The translations under genes and the position numbers were made by a program. The notes under the pieces are model-generated. The model had not been told where the DNA came from. It saw only the letters and a list, made by a program, of their open reading frames with translations, and did no database searches. DNA of 64,000 nucleotides, taken from positions 3,885,405-3,949,404 of the forward strand of contig BRZM01000010.1 in the NCBI GenBank assembly GCA_033238685.1, written 5' to 3'. How positions within the stretch are numbered: the first letter of the stretch is position 1; each line of letters starts with the position of its first letter. Shown piece after piece: positions 11,249-20,377 of this stretch. The DNA is from Lates japonicus (lineage: Eukaryota).

Positions 11249-11826
11249 GTAACTGTATGAATCATTTTTCAAAATACTGACCTTTATCCAGCTCTTAACC
11301 TGCTTTGCTTTATTGTGTTTCCATGTTTCCATTTCCAAACATTTATGATACCTTTTTATATTGTAAAGCCTCATGACCTCCATTAAGAGCACTGTGTTTT
11401 TTCACCAGAGGCTGTTTGAAATTTGACTCATTTTCAATGTAATTTTGTGGGAAATTCAGAATAACAATGTACAAGTGATCAGTTGTTGGTGCAGATTAAC
11501 TCTGTCTTTTAAAAGCATTCTTAACATTGTACATTTTTTTTTAACTATTTCCCTATTTTCCTCACAAAACATTGCACTGAATGATTGCCTGTTACTGTGT
11601 TTATACTGATGCAGATCTGTACACAGATATAGATTTGGTGTAGATTCAAGTTTCAAAACATTTTCTACAATTAAAGAAACAAATATCTGTTGAAACTATG
11701 ACACATTACAATTATTTTTATTAAGTTTTATTAGGAAAAAAATGTCTGAATTTATCTGCAATCTTTTAAAACTTTTCAGAGGATAAACTGTTAATGCAGC
11801 TTCACTTACAACTTTGTCTTTTACAG

Positions 11827-11886
11827 AATGAGTCTTCTGAGAATGAGCTCTCAGCCAGTAATGAAAATTTGGCAGAGAACAAACAG
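11827..11886 (+). CDS. Giant APOL-domain gene exon 25, A-type (NESSENELSASNENLAENKQ)
   Basis: ttacag|aat...cag|gtcagt; 60 nt. Confidence 0.6.
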
Positions 11887-12004
11887 GTCAGTGAGTTTAA
11901 ATCAGTGCTGTTTAGTGGCTTTTCAGTGAACCAGTTTCATTTATAAATATTTCAGCACTGGTCCCATCTCAGCCCTAAAACCTTTTCTTGTGTCTTTCCA
12001 TCAG

Positions 12005-12109
12005 GAGAAAGGTGCGGGGCTGTTCAGTGGACTCCTCAAAAAGACTCCGAAAGCGTCAGGAGAAGAAGGTGGTGAATCTGCCTGTGGTTCAAACTCTTTC
12101 ATTTCTCAG
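12005..12109 (+). CDS. Giant APOL-domain gene exon 26, extended B-type (EKGAGLFSGLLKKTPKASGEEGGESACGSNSFISQ); donor choice uncertain
   Basis: catcag|gag... A nearer gtggtg at 12069 would break the frame (64 nt). The strong donor cag|gtgggc at 12110 gives 105 nt with an open frame. The exon could also be skipped without frame loss. Confidence 0.4.
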
Positions 12110-12986
12110 GTGGGCCGACACTGACGACCTGTCTGGAAATTTCTTCACAAGGTGGCGGTGTAATGCAACAAAAACTTTGTGATAAATGTCTCGGAGGAAC
12201 GTTCACTAACACCACATTATTTTTTAGGAGAAATGTTTCCAACCTTATGTTTAAAACAGCAGAAAGCCAGCAGAGAACAGCTGAAAAGTACTGTGATTGA
12301 ACAAGGCGTTATTGTTCTGCCGGAGAATGAATACTGATACTAACATTTGTTCTTTTCTGGTTTGAATTCAGGGCAGGAAAACGGTGAAAATCAGTTATCT
12401 GGCAGCTAGAATCAGATGACACCGTTGTGAAGATTGCCTATCTACAAAGGCACTTTTTCTTCTCTTTGTTTTTTTGGTCAATGGCTACTTTTGTCCTTCA
12501 TTAACATAGACGACAGATCAGTCAAATCAGATTTTTATGAGATAGTACTGTGGGTTTTACATTGTAAAGTTCTTATACGTGCATTGTACTCAGGTTTGTG
12601 ATAATTCTTTGACAAGACACAAGTACTTTCCAAAGTTAAAATTTGATATAAATAAAATTTAAAAAACAATGTTAAACCAAAGTATGCAAAAGGCAGGTTT
12701 AAGATAGTAATATACATCTTGGAATAAGCCTTCACTGAAGTAATATCTAATATATTCTTGACGGTTGTGGCAGGGACTCTGTGTTGTTGGGTTAAATGGC
12801 ATTTTTGTTGAAGGGCTGTGTTAAATTTATATTCCTTAACATTAAGCTTCAGCATTTAGATTTCACTTTTTGGTCATTTCTCTCTTTGCTGTTATTTTCT
12901 GTCTCTTTTTGGTTGTTTTGAGTCTTTTCTCGGGTCCCCTGACCTCCTCATTAATCCATCCATGCATCTGTGTTTTTTCTTGTCAG

Positions 12987-13055
12987 GAGAAAGGACTGTT
13001 CAGTGGCCTTAAGAAGAAAACACCCAAAGCGTCTGGAGATGATGCAGCTGCAGAG
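12987..13055 (+). CDS. Giant APOL-domain gene exon 27, B-type (EKGLFSGLKKKTPKASGDDAAAE)
   Basis: tgtcag|gag...gag|gtgagt; 69 nt; frame anchored by ORF 12870..13082. Confidence 0.65.
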
Positions 13056-13155
13056 GTGAGTGCTCGGCTAGTTTTATGCTAACACTGTTAGCATCTTAGT
13101 CTATGGTAACTGTTGCACATATGAACTTAATGTACATTCTTTATTCTTTTTTCAG

Positions 13156-13212
13156 GACAAAGACGAGCTGTTTGCAAGTGACGAGAGTCTGTCTGAGAAC
13201 ACTAACACCAAG
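13156..13212 (+). CDS. Giant APOL-domain gene exon 28, A-type (DKDELFASDESLSENTNTK)
   Basis: tttcag|gac...aag|gtactg; 57 nt. Confidence 0.65.
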
Positions 13213-13472
13213 GTACTGAGTTGAGAAATGTCAGCACTATAAACTGTGTGCAACACAACTACTCCTGTGCATTTGAAAACTGAACAGTATTTCAAATATG
13301 TTAAGTTTGTGGTGAATTTTTTTTCTCATTCATCCTTTACAAACTGTACAAATATAAAATGTATCATTTCTAATTAGTACATTGCATTTATGGGGATTCA
13401 AAAATATATATTATGTCTCTGGAAACCAAACGTTGTCTCTCCTTCATTCAGTTCCTGCATTTCTGTTTTTAG

Positions 13473-13538
13473 GAGAAAAGTATTTTCAGCGGGATGTTTA
13501 AGAAGACTCATAAACCAGCAGAGGGGACGACAGATGAG
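13473..13538 (+). CDS. Giant APOL-domain gene exon 29, B-type (EKSIFSGMFKKTHKPAEGTTDE)
   Basis: ttttag|gag...gag|gtgcag; 66 nt. Confidence 0.65.
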
Positions 13539-13639
13539 GTGCAGTAATAACATTTACATAAAGTTGACATTGCATTACACACATTTGACTATTTTGTATT
13601 CGTCTTCATTTTTTATGTTTTATTTTCATGTGTTTTCAG

Positions 13640-13711
13640 GAATCAAACGCAGGCAATTCTAAGAAATTATCTGCCAGTTGTGAGAATCTGTTGGAGGCAA
13701 ACGCATCAAAG
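13640..13711 (+). CDS. Giant APOL-domain gene exon 30, A-type (ESNAGNSKKLSASCENLLEANASK)
   Basis: ttttcag|gaa...aag|gtacaa; 72 nt. Confidence 0.65.
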
Positions 13712-13808
13712 GTACAAATGTTGTCTGATGATCACAACTTTAGTCTGTTTCTTTCTCTTCTGTTATTGATTGTTGATTATTAATGTGTAAATGTTTCATC
13801 TGTTTCAG

Positions 13809-13880
13809 GAGAAGACAGGAGGATTTGCAGGGATCTTCAAAAAGTCTCCCAAACCAGCTCCACGCTCTGTTGTTACTAAG
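13809..13880 (+). CDS. Giant APOL-domain gene exon 31, B-type (EKTGGFAGIFKKSPKPAPRSVVTK)
   Basis: tgtttcag|gag...aag|gtgact; 72 nt. Confidence 0.65.
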
Positions 13881-14039
13881 GTGACTAAATAAACTGATTT
13901 GGGTTTTTCGATGTGTAAAGTTATCAGCTGTTTAGATGTCTGTGAAACCTCTTATTTACATTTTTAAGAGAATCATATTATGGCAAATTCTCCATAAATA
14001 ACCCTCAACAAACCTGACTGCTGACAAACTGTTCTCCAG

Positions 14040-14102
14040 GATCCACTCATTAACTCAGAGGAACTGTCCGCCAGCTGGGACAGTCTCGCAGACGCTGCTG
14101 AG
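14040..14102 (+). CDS. Giant APOL-domain gene exon 32, A-type (DPLINSEELSASWDSLADAAE)
   Basis: tctccag|gat...gag|gtgagc; 63 nt. Confidence 0.6.
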
Positions 14103-14608
14103 GTGAGCGCAAGTCTGTGGATACACTTAACAACATGTTAATACTGTACGTTTATACTGTAGGCAACAGTACCAATAAATGTTAATCAGAATATTTTGTT
14201 GCCTACAAAACATTTGAGTAACACAATGGTAAGTATTTAAACAAAAGGCTACATTTGACTACATGTCTGAGGAAAGGGAATCTCAGAAGACTAGAAGTAA
14301 CTGTATGGAGCCTTCCTTTCTCCAGATTGTCTGCCAGCGAACATTTAGAATAGATTTTCAGCATCAGCATTTGCTGTTTTATACAGAGGCCCATTTCTGT
14401 CACTGTGATGGGAAGTTGTCATAATAAGAAACTCTCTCAAGATAGTGATTCAGTAAGTCACTTACAGGATCTTTGTTTTCATCACATTGGCAGAAATGCA
14501 CTTCCAGTTTTTAGATTTTTAACCCTCACTTTACTTTGTACTTTGTGGCCTGGTTATGAGAAGGTTCCCAGTCAGTGATAAATAACTTTTGATTGCATTT
14601 TTTTAAAG

Positions 14609-14680
14609 GAGGATCTGTCAGCACACGGTGAATTGTCTGCCAGTACTGAAAACCTTTGTGAAGCTACAAGCACCGCAAAG
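14609..14680 (+). CDS. Giant APOL-domain gene exon 33, A-type (EDLSAHGELSASTENLCEATSTAK)
   Basis: tttaaag|gag...aag|gtgaga; 72 nt. Confidence 0.6.
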
Positions 14681-14771
14681 GTGAGACTTGCAGAGTGTGT
14701 TAACCTGTTTGATTGACTGAATGAACACCTTTTTGTGACTTATAAATACATCATGTTTTATATTTTTACAG

Positions 14772-14831
14772 GAGAAAAAAGTAGGGTTTGGTGGGATGTT
14801 CAGGAGGACGCCCAAAACTGTGGAACACCAG
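14772..14831 (+). CDS. Giant APOL-domain gene exon 34, B-type (EKKVGFGGMFRRTPKTVEHQ)
   Basis: tttacag|gag...cag|gtgcga; 60 nt. Confidence 0.65.
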
Positions 14832-15168
14832 GTGCGATACTGTCAACACTGGTTTGAGTTGTACAATCAGTATCAGGAAAAGTGTTTTTGTTTCAGATTA
14901 ATTTCCAGTCTGTGCATTTGAGATGACATCAGTGAATAAATTCTCTGTATATAGACAGTATTTTTGAATTTGAATAGCAGGTTTGTGATAATGTGAGATG
15001 TGTTCTTGGATGCATCCATTTTCAAAACAGAAACTATGAAAAAAAAAACACATCAATTCATAACAGTGATAATAAAATTAATGCAAATGGTTCAATGTGA
15101 GCTAGTTAGATGATCACATGTACGTTTCTGTGCAGCTACTAAACAAATATTTTCTCTCTCTGTTGCAG

Positions 15169-15240
15169 GAAAGCGAGGACATGGAGGCACCAGAGGGAGG
15201 TGGGCTGAGACGCAGGAGGACAATCAAGAAGCAAAGACGA
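15169..15240 (+). CDS. Giant APOL-domain gene exon 35 (ESEDMEAPEGGGLRRRRTIKKQRR; basic, NLS-like)
   Basis: gttgcag|gaa...cga|gtgagt; 72 nt. Confidence 0.6.
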
Positions 15241-15472
15241 GTGAGTTGTTGGTCACAGTGGAAAAAAAACATCCAGAGACCTGACAGAAAGTAGCAGCAG
15301 CAAGAATAACATATATTTCAACAGCTGTGTTTCATAACATGAATTTCTACTTCCAATATCAGTGGTCAAGATGAGGGTTTAGCTTTTATCAACAAAAGTT
15401 AGACACATGTTTTCTCTTGTTTCTCCAGAGTTCTTCTCTGACTAATATAAACTTCCTGTTCCTGTTTCTCAG

Positions 15473-15535
15473 GTTGTGTCATTCCGAGTGAAGAAAACTC
15501 TTCCCAAACTACCCAAACTTAATTTATCCTCACAG
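15473..15535 (+). CDS. Giant APOL-domain gene exon 36 (VVSFRVKKTLPKLPKLNLSSQ)
   Basis: tttctcag|gtt...cag|gtgtgt; 63 nt. Confidence 0.6.
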
Positions 15536-15856
15536 GTGTGTACTGATTTCCTGTAGCTGTCCCTCAGTCATAACTCACTGTTTTGCACCCTGCTCCTGTT
15601 CTTTGCATTAGAGATCTGAAATGTAAACTTACAGATATACTGTAGATATAAATATGCTTTTTGTAATTTTTGATTGATTGAAAAGCCTGTGAAAAGTTTT
15701 AAGTTCTTAAAAGTTGACCTGAGTCATTTATTTCAATTTTAATTTATATTCACTTTACTTGTTTACCATAAATGCTTTTATTATTAATGTGCATGAAGTT
15801 CTCAGTTGAGCTTGTTACTCACTTAATGACATGAGTCGTTTTTTTCTCCTGCACAG

Positions 15857-15919
15857 ACTTCTGATAAGATGCCTGTCATAGAGGAGACTGTGGAGCTGCA
15901 GGAGCTGAACCCAGCACAG
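15857..15919 (+). CDS. Giant APOL-domain gene exon 37 (TSDKMPVIEETVELQELNPAQ)
   Basis: gcacag|act...cag|gttagc; 63 nt. Confidence 0.6.
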
Positions 15920-16551
15920 GTTAGCATTAGGATATTATAAAGTAGACACCCAGAAAAAAACATTTTTCTGGGACTCACAAATGTTGAGCCAAGCCCATCT
16001 ATTCAATATCATATCCCTTATAAACATACAGCATGACATTTCATGGATTGTTTATCTAGTTGGTTTTGCAGCTGTGAAATGAAAAATGAATGTTAGGGTT
16101 CAGTTGACAAAATAAAATCTGTTACATGAACGAATTAAGTAACTCTAAATAGAACTGGAACAAGTGAGAGACTCAGAAACACTTGAAGAAAGTGAGGACA
16201 AAGAATAATAAAATGACAGTAAGTGCATGCATTTAGATATAAATATATATTTGCATGCACATGAAATCATAATTGCAGCATATCTTTACCTGATATGTGT
16301 GATAATGATTACAGTGTCATTTAATTGTGCATTTTGTTTGTGAAACACAGTGTTAGTTGTCACTCTATGTCTGCAGCCTGTGAAGATCAGCTAGCATTCA
16401 GCGAGTTAGCTGTTTAGCTGTTAGCTGTTTACCATAAAGTCATGTTAGTGTGTGTTAAAGTGGGAGTATGTCATCTGTACAGAACCTTACAGATGTTACA
16501 GCTGAACTTTATTGTGTTAAAGGTTGTGTTATTATTGTGTCTGTTTTCCAG

Positions 16552-16626
16552 GAGGGCACAGTGGAGGTCCAGCCTGTAGAGATGGCAGCTTACCCAACTG
16601 AAGATAACCCTCTTGAATATGAGCAG
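16552..16626 (+). CDS. Giant APOL-domain gene exon 38 (EGTVEVQPVEMAAYPTEDNPLEYEQ); donor followed by (TG)14
   Basis: ttttccag|gag...cag|gtgtgt; 75 nt; frame anchored by ORF 16468..16680. Confidence 0.65.
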
Positions 16627-16640
16627 GTGTGTTTCAGTAC

Positions 16641-16643
<3 letters not shown>

Positions 16644-16672
<29 letters not shown>
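16644..16672. repeat. (TG)14 starting 18 nt downstream of the exon 38 donor
   Basis: direct. Confidence 0.9.
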
Positions 16673-16675
<3 letters not shown>

Positions 16676-16734
16676 ACTAAATATATGCAAGGAAATAAGT
16701 TGACTCTTCACAAACAAATGTCTTTTGTTTTCAG

Positions 16735-16774
16735 GAAACTGATGAACTGATGGAGTGGTGGAACTCTGTAAAAG
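16735..16774 (+). CDS. Giant APOL-domain gene exon 39 (ETDELMEWWNSVK, ends phase 1)
   Basis: ttttcag|gaa...aaag|gttagt; 40 nt. Confidence 0.6.
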
Positions 16775-16893
16775 GTTAGTGTGATATTGATGCACATCCA
16801 CCTGTTTGATGTAATACAAAAGACATAAAAGACATTAAAAACAAAACGCTATTATTATTATTTAGAAGTATTATTTCTGCTGCTGGCTTCCAG

Positions 16894-16945
16894 GTTGGAC
16901 TGAGTGGAACGAAACATCCAATTTCCAGGAGGAGGATGAGGAAAC
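16894..16945 (+). CDS. Giant APOL-domain gene exon 40 (GWTEWNETSNFQEEDEET, phase 1 to 2)
   Basis: ttccag|gttgg...gaaac|gtaagc; 52 nt. Restores the frame exactly into the APOL-domain exon. Confidence 0.6.
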
Positions 16946-17261
16946 GTAAGCACAGTTTCTTTGATTCAAATTTTCCCCAGAAAATATTATTTTGCGTTTC
17001 AGGGAATTTATTTTAGGATATTCTCATTATGTAATATCTGTTGATGATTGTTTTCATTATTGATTAATCATTTGGTCGACAAATCATCAGACAAATTCTG
17101 CCACTGAAGAAGCTGGAACCTGAGAATGTAAAAAGTTTCCTCTAAATGAGAAAACAATGATCAAAATATTTGTTATTTTTCTGTCAATTTACTAATCAAT
17201 TAATCAACTTATCATTTCAGTTCTAGTATAGGAAATTGCCATTAGGCCCTTACATCTTTCG

Positions 17262-17280
17262 TCTCTCTCTCTCTCTCTCC
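17262..17280. repeat. (TC)9 forming the polypyrimidine tract of the APOL-core exon acceptor
   Basis: gtctctctctctctctctctccag|ggctatgg. Confidence 0.9.
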
Positions 17281-17282
17281 AG

Positions 17283-17697
17283 GGCTATGGAGCAGGCAGC
17301 TGATCGTGTCTACATGGCAGCTCGCCTCTTCGTGCATCTCTTCAACCAGCGCGGGGCTTCCTTACAACACCGCATCCTGGAGCTTTTGACCCTGGCCGAC
17401 GCTGCGGATCAATTCCACAAGAAAACGGTGACGGCTGCTGTGGGTGGAGGGGTGGCCAGTGTTGCAGGCAGCGTGGCTACAATCACAGGGCTCATTCTGG
17501 CACCTTTCACTTTCGGTGCCTCTATTATTGTCACGGCGGTGGGGATCGGTGTGGCGACGGCAGGCAGCATCACCTCAGCAACGGCTAATATCACAGACAC
17601 AGTTCACTCCAACATGGACAGGAAGAAAGTGGAGAAGATGATCCAGGGCTACCAGGATGAGATCAAAGACATCAGGGAGTGTTTGGAGTTCATGCAG
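17283..17697 (+). CDS. Giant APOL-domain gene exon 41: APOL core (MEQAADRVYMAARLFVHLFNQRG...Gly/Ala-rich transmembrane hairpin ...ILAPFTFGASIIVTAVGIGVATAG...DIRECLEFMQ)
   Basis: (TC)n-ag|ggctatgg...atgcag|gtgagg; 415 nt. Matches six-frame ORF 17236..17718. Homologous to the human APOL1 hairpin GLAPFTEGGSLVLLEPGMELGITAALTGI and the following KLKEVREFL region. Confidence 0.85.
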
Positions 17698-18378
17698 GTG
17701 AGGACATGTTTGACTTGAGTTTGTGCTTTAGAAATTGAGAATAATCTCACACAGGCTTTGCAGCTGTGTCACAAATTTCTCCACTGATGCCCGCATTCAG
17801 GTCTGGGTCGAGTAGTAATGCAAAAATAGATAAACGAGTTACCCTAAAAAAGTAGGTGTTGTGTAGATTAGGGCAGAATCTACCAGTTATTTTATTTCAC
17901 AGATAATTTGGCAATTATTTTTACAATTAGTCCATTTCATTTTTAGTCTAAAATGTCTAATACTCAAAAATTACCATCACAAGATGAACACCTAAGTCTA
18001 GGCCTTATCATCCCCACTGGTTTTCATCAATGTTTTTATTGGTATACTGGTATTAAATTGCATTCTATGTGGTATTAAAAAAGCCTTAAATTTAACTTGG
18101 TGAGCCCTGCAAAAATTGTTACTGTAATATAGCAGAATCAGGGGTTTCTTTCAGGTATTTCCATCCTAAAATACTTCTGTATGGTTGGTGTTATTTTTTT
18201 CCACCTCAACGATGGTTCACTATAACAAATATGAAAGAATAAAATCAGAATTTTAGGGTATACATTTTGATTTTTAAATTACACTTCATGTATGGTGAGA
18301 AAACCTTTGAAAAGAATGATTATAATGTCTTTCTGAGACGGTATTTAACATCCTTTCCTGTCTCTGTGCCTCCTGTAG

Positions 18379-20112
18379 GAAGGTATGGACACCCTGCAGG
18401 AGTGGGACTTTGAGAAATACTCTCAGAGTGCTGCCAAAAAGGCCCTGAACCACAACATTAAACATGTGGTGAAGGAGGGTGGCCGTGCTGGGAAAGCCCT
18501 GATGATCAACACTGACAAACTCATCAGCACCGTGCAGGTTCTGGGTGCTGCAGGCGGTGCCGCCAAAGCCGCCCAGGCCATCAGCGTCACCACAGGGGTC
18601 ATGTCGGCCCTCTTCCTGGCTCTGGATGTCTTCTTCCTCGCCAAAGATTCCCACGAGCTCCACAAAGGCGCCAAAACCAAATTCGCCACCAAGATCAGGG
18701 AGGTGTGTAAAGACCTTCAAGACGGTCTCCTGGAGCTGAACAAGGTGAAGACGCAGCTGCAGAAAACCATGGACGGCATCGAGGTGGAGGAGTATGAGGA
18801 GATCGAGGAGGTGGAGGTGGAGGTCGAAGATGACTTGGAGTCTGATCCTAAGAAGCTGGCCGAGCTGGAGCAGGAGCTAGACCTCCTGGAGGAGAAACTG
18901 GACAAAAAGATTGAGGAAGAGCAGAAGAAGAATAAAGAGATGGAGGGAGAAAATCAGAAAAGTAAGAAAGAGACAAAGGAGGAGAAGAGCATGAAGGAGA
19001 AAGGAGATGCAGAGAAACAGAAGGAGGACGAGGAGAAAATGGGAGAAAATGATGCAAAGAAAGAGGGAAAGAAGGAGAGTAAGAAGGAAAAAGACAAAGG
19101 AGAAAGCAAATTTGAGTCTGCATTAGAGAAACTACCTGAGGAGGAAAGAGAGCAGAATAAGGAGAAAACTGGCAAAGCAGCTAAAGAGGAAGTTTTAAAA
19201 GAACAATCTCAGAAAGGAAGCAAAAAAGACAAAGAAACTGAGAACCGCATTACTGCTGGGAAAGAAAAACACGAGAGCAAGCGAGACAAGGCAAAGACAG
19301 ATGAAAAACAGAAGAAGGTGGATGCAGAAGAACAGGAGGAACCTGCGAGTAAATCGGGTGACACAAAACAAGGAAGGCCGAGGTCAGAACGGGTCAAAAC
19401 CGAGAGTCAAAGAAGCAAGAGCAGCAGAGAGGATGAAAGAGGAGTAAAGCATGAGTGGAAATCAGTGACTAAAGAGAAAGAGGTGGAAAGTGGGAGTGTG
19501 AGGAGGCACAGCAGCAGGAGTGAGCATGACAGAGAAAGAGGGGGTAAACATGAAATGAGAGAAACTGATAAGGAGAGACTCCCTAGAAAAGAAAGTGACA
19601 GGACAGAGAGCCGGAGGAGGACAGAGGAGGAGAGAGGAGTAAAAGACTGGAGAGCTGAGATGGCAAAAAGTAGAGAGCAGAGGAAAGAAAGTAAAGAGGG
19701 AAGAGAATCCAAGAGAGAGACAGAGAGAGGGACGAAACAAGACAGTCACAGAAAAAGCGACGTGAGGAGAGAGTCACATCGAAGTCATGAGATGGGGACG
19801 AGGAGGGAGAGAGAGTGGGGGAGCAGCAGGGAGGAGTCAGACTCACAGAGGAGTCACCACAGGAGAGGAACGGCCCCGCATGACGAGAAACGGGGGAGCA
19901 GGCTTGAGAGTGCGAGGAGGCAGTTTGAAAAAGCAGGGGGTGAGGAGGCAGATGAGGAGGAGGAGAGGAGAAGGAGGAGGGAGGATGGAGGGGGTAGTCG
20001 GAGGAGGGACAAGGATAGGAGAGGAAGCGACCGAGACAGAGAGCACGAACACAGCCACAGAGGATCTCGATCTGGATCCAGCGCTCTGCTGGAAGACGGA
20101 CTGTACATTTAG
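18379..20112 (+). CDS. Giant APOL-domain gene terminal coding exon: APOL C-terminal (SRA-interacting-like) region, ...MSALFLALDVFFLAKDSHELHKGAKTKFATKIRE..., then an acidic EEVEVEVEDD segment, a K/E-rich coiled-coil-like segment and an R/E/S/D-rich (RS/RD/RE-like) tail; stop TAG 20110-20112
   Basis: tcctgtag|gaaggtATG...; in frame with ORF 18385..20112 (575 aa). Matches the APOL1 C-terminus [35 protein letters not shown]. Confidence 0.85.
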   Translation, partial: EGMDTLQEWDFEKYSQSAAKKALNHNIKHVVKEGGRAGKALMINTDKLISTVQVLGAAGGAAKAAQAISVTTGVMSALFLALDVFFLAKDSHELHKGAKTKFATKIREVCKDLQDGLLELNKVKTQLQKTMDGIEVEEYEEIEEVEVEVEDDLESDPKKLAELEQELDLLEEKLDKKIEEEQKKNKEMEGENQKSKKETKEEKSMKEKGDAEKQKEDEEKMGENDAKKEGKKESKKEKDKGESKFESALEKLPEEEREQNKEKTGKAAKEEVLKEQSQKGSKKDKETENRITAGKEKHESKRDKAKTDEKQKKVDAEEQEEPASKSGDTKQGRPRSERVKTESQRSKSSREDERGVKHEWKSVTKEKEVESGSVRRHSSRSEHDRERGGKHEMRETDKERLPRKESDRTESRRRTEEERGVKDWRAEMAKSREQRKESKEGRESKRETERGTKQDSHRKSDVRRESHRSHEMGTRREREWGSSREESDSQRSHHRRGTAPHDEKRGSRLESARRQFEKAGGEEADEEEERRRRREDGGGSRRRDKDRRGSDRDREHEHSHRGSRSGSSALLEDGLYI

Positions 20113-20298
20113 TTTTAATGGACAAAGACAAAGTTATTCCATATTTTCTTTATTGTAAACAACTCGCATGAAAAGACTAAAATCAACAAGGTGTTAATCC
20201 ATCGATCGGTACTTGGAGGCAGCAGGATGGTGTATGTGGAATCACTTTGGAAGTTCATTATGCAGTCGCCACCTCTAATACCAGATGTTACAAGGAAG

Positions 20299-20304
20299 AA
20301 TAAA
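20299..20304 (+). other. Candidate polyadenylation signal AATAAA for the giant APOL-domain gene (another at 20589-20594)
   Basis: AATAAA hexamers 190 and 480 nt after the stop. Confidence 0.25.
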
Positions 20305-20361
20305 AAGCTCAGGACTTAGTGAGAAACTTAGGCCTGTTCCTAGGTGAACAGTTGACTACAG

Positions 20362-20377
20362 ATATATATATATATAT
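20362..20377. repeat. (TA)n microsatellite
   Basis: direct. Confidence 0.85.

Noticed and set aside
18286-18720. 144-aa minus-strand ORF, plus ORF 18423..18692(-)
   Set aside because: Antisense to the APOL C-terminal coding exon. The + strand frame has clear APOL homology, so the antisense ORFs are by-products of GC-rich coding sequence.
18848-20131. Several minus-strand ORFs of 62-182 aa that are Ser/Leu/Pro-rich (for example 19583..20131, 182 aa)
   Set aside because: Mirror images of the purine-rich K/E/R/S tail-coding region on the + strand. They have low-complexity composition and no start context.
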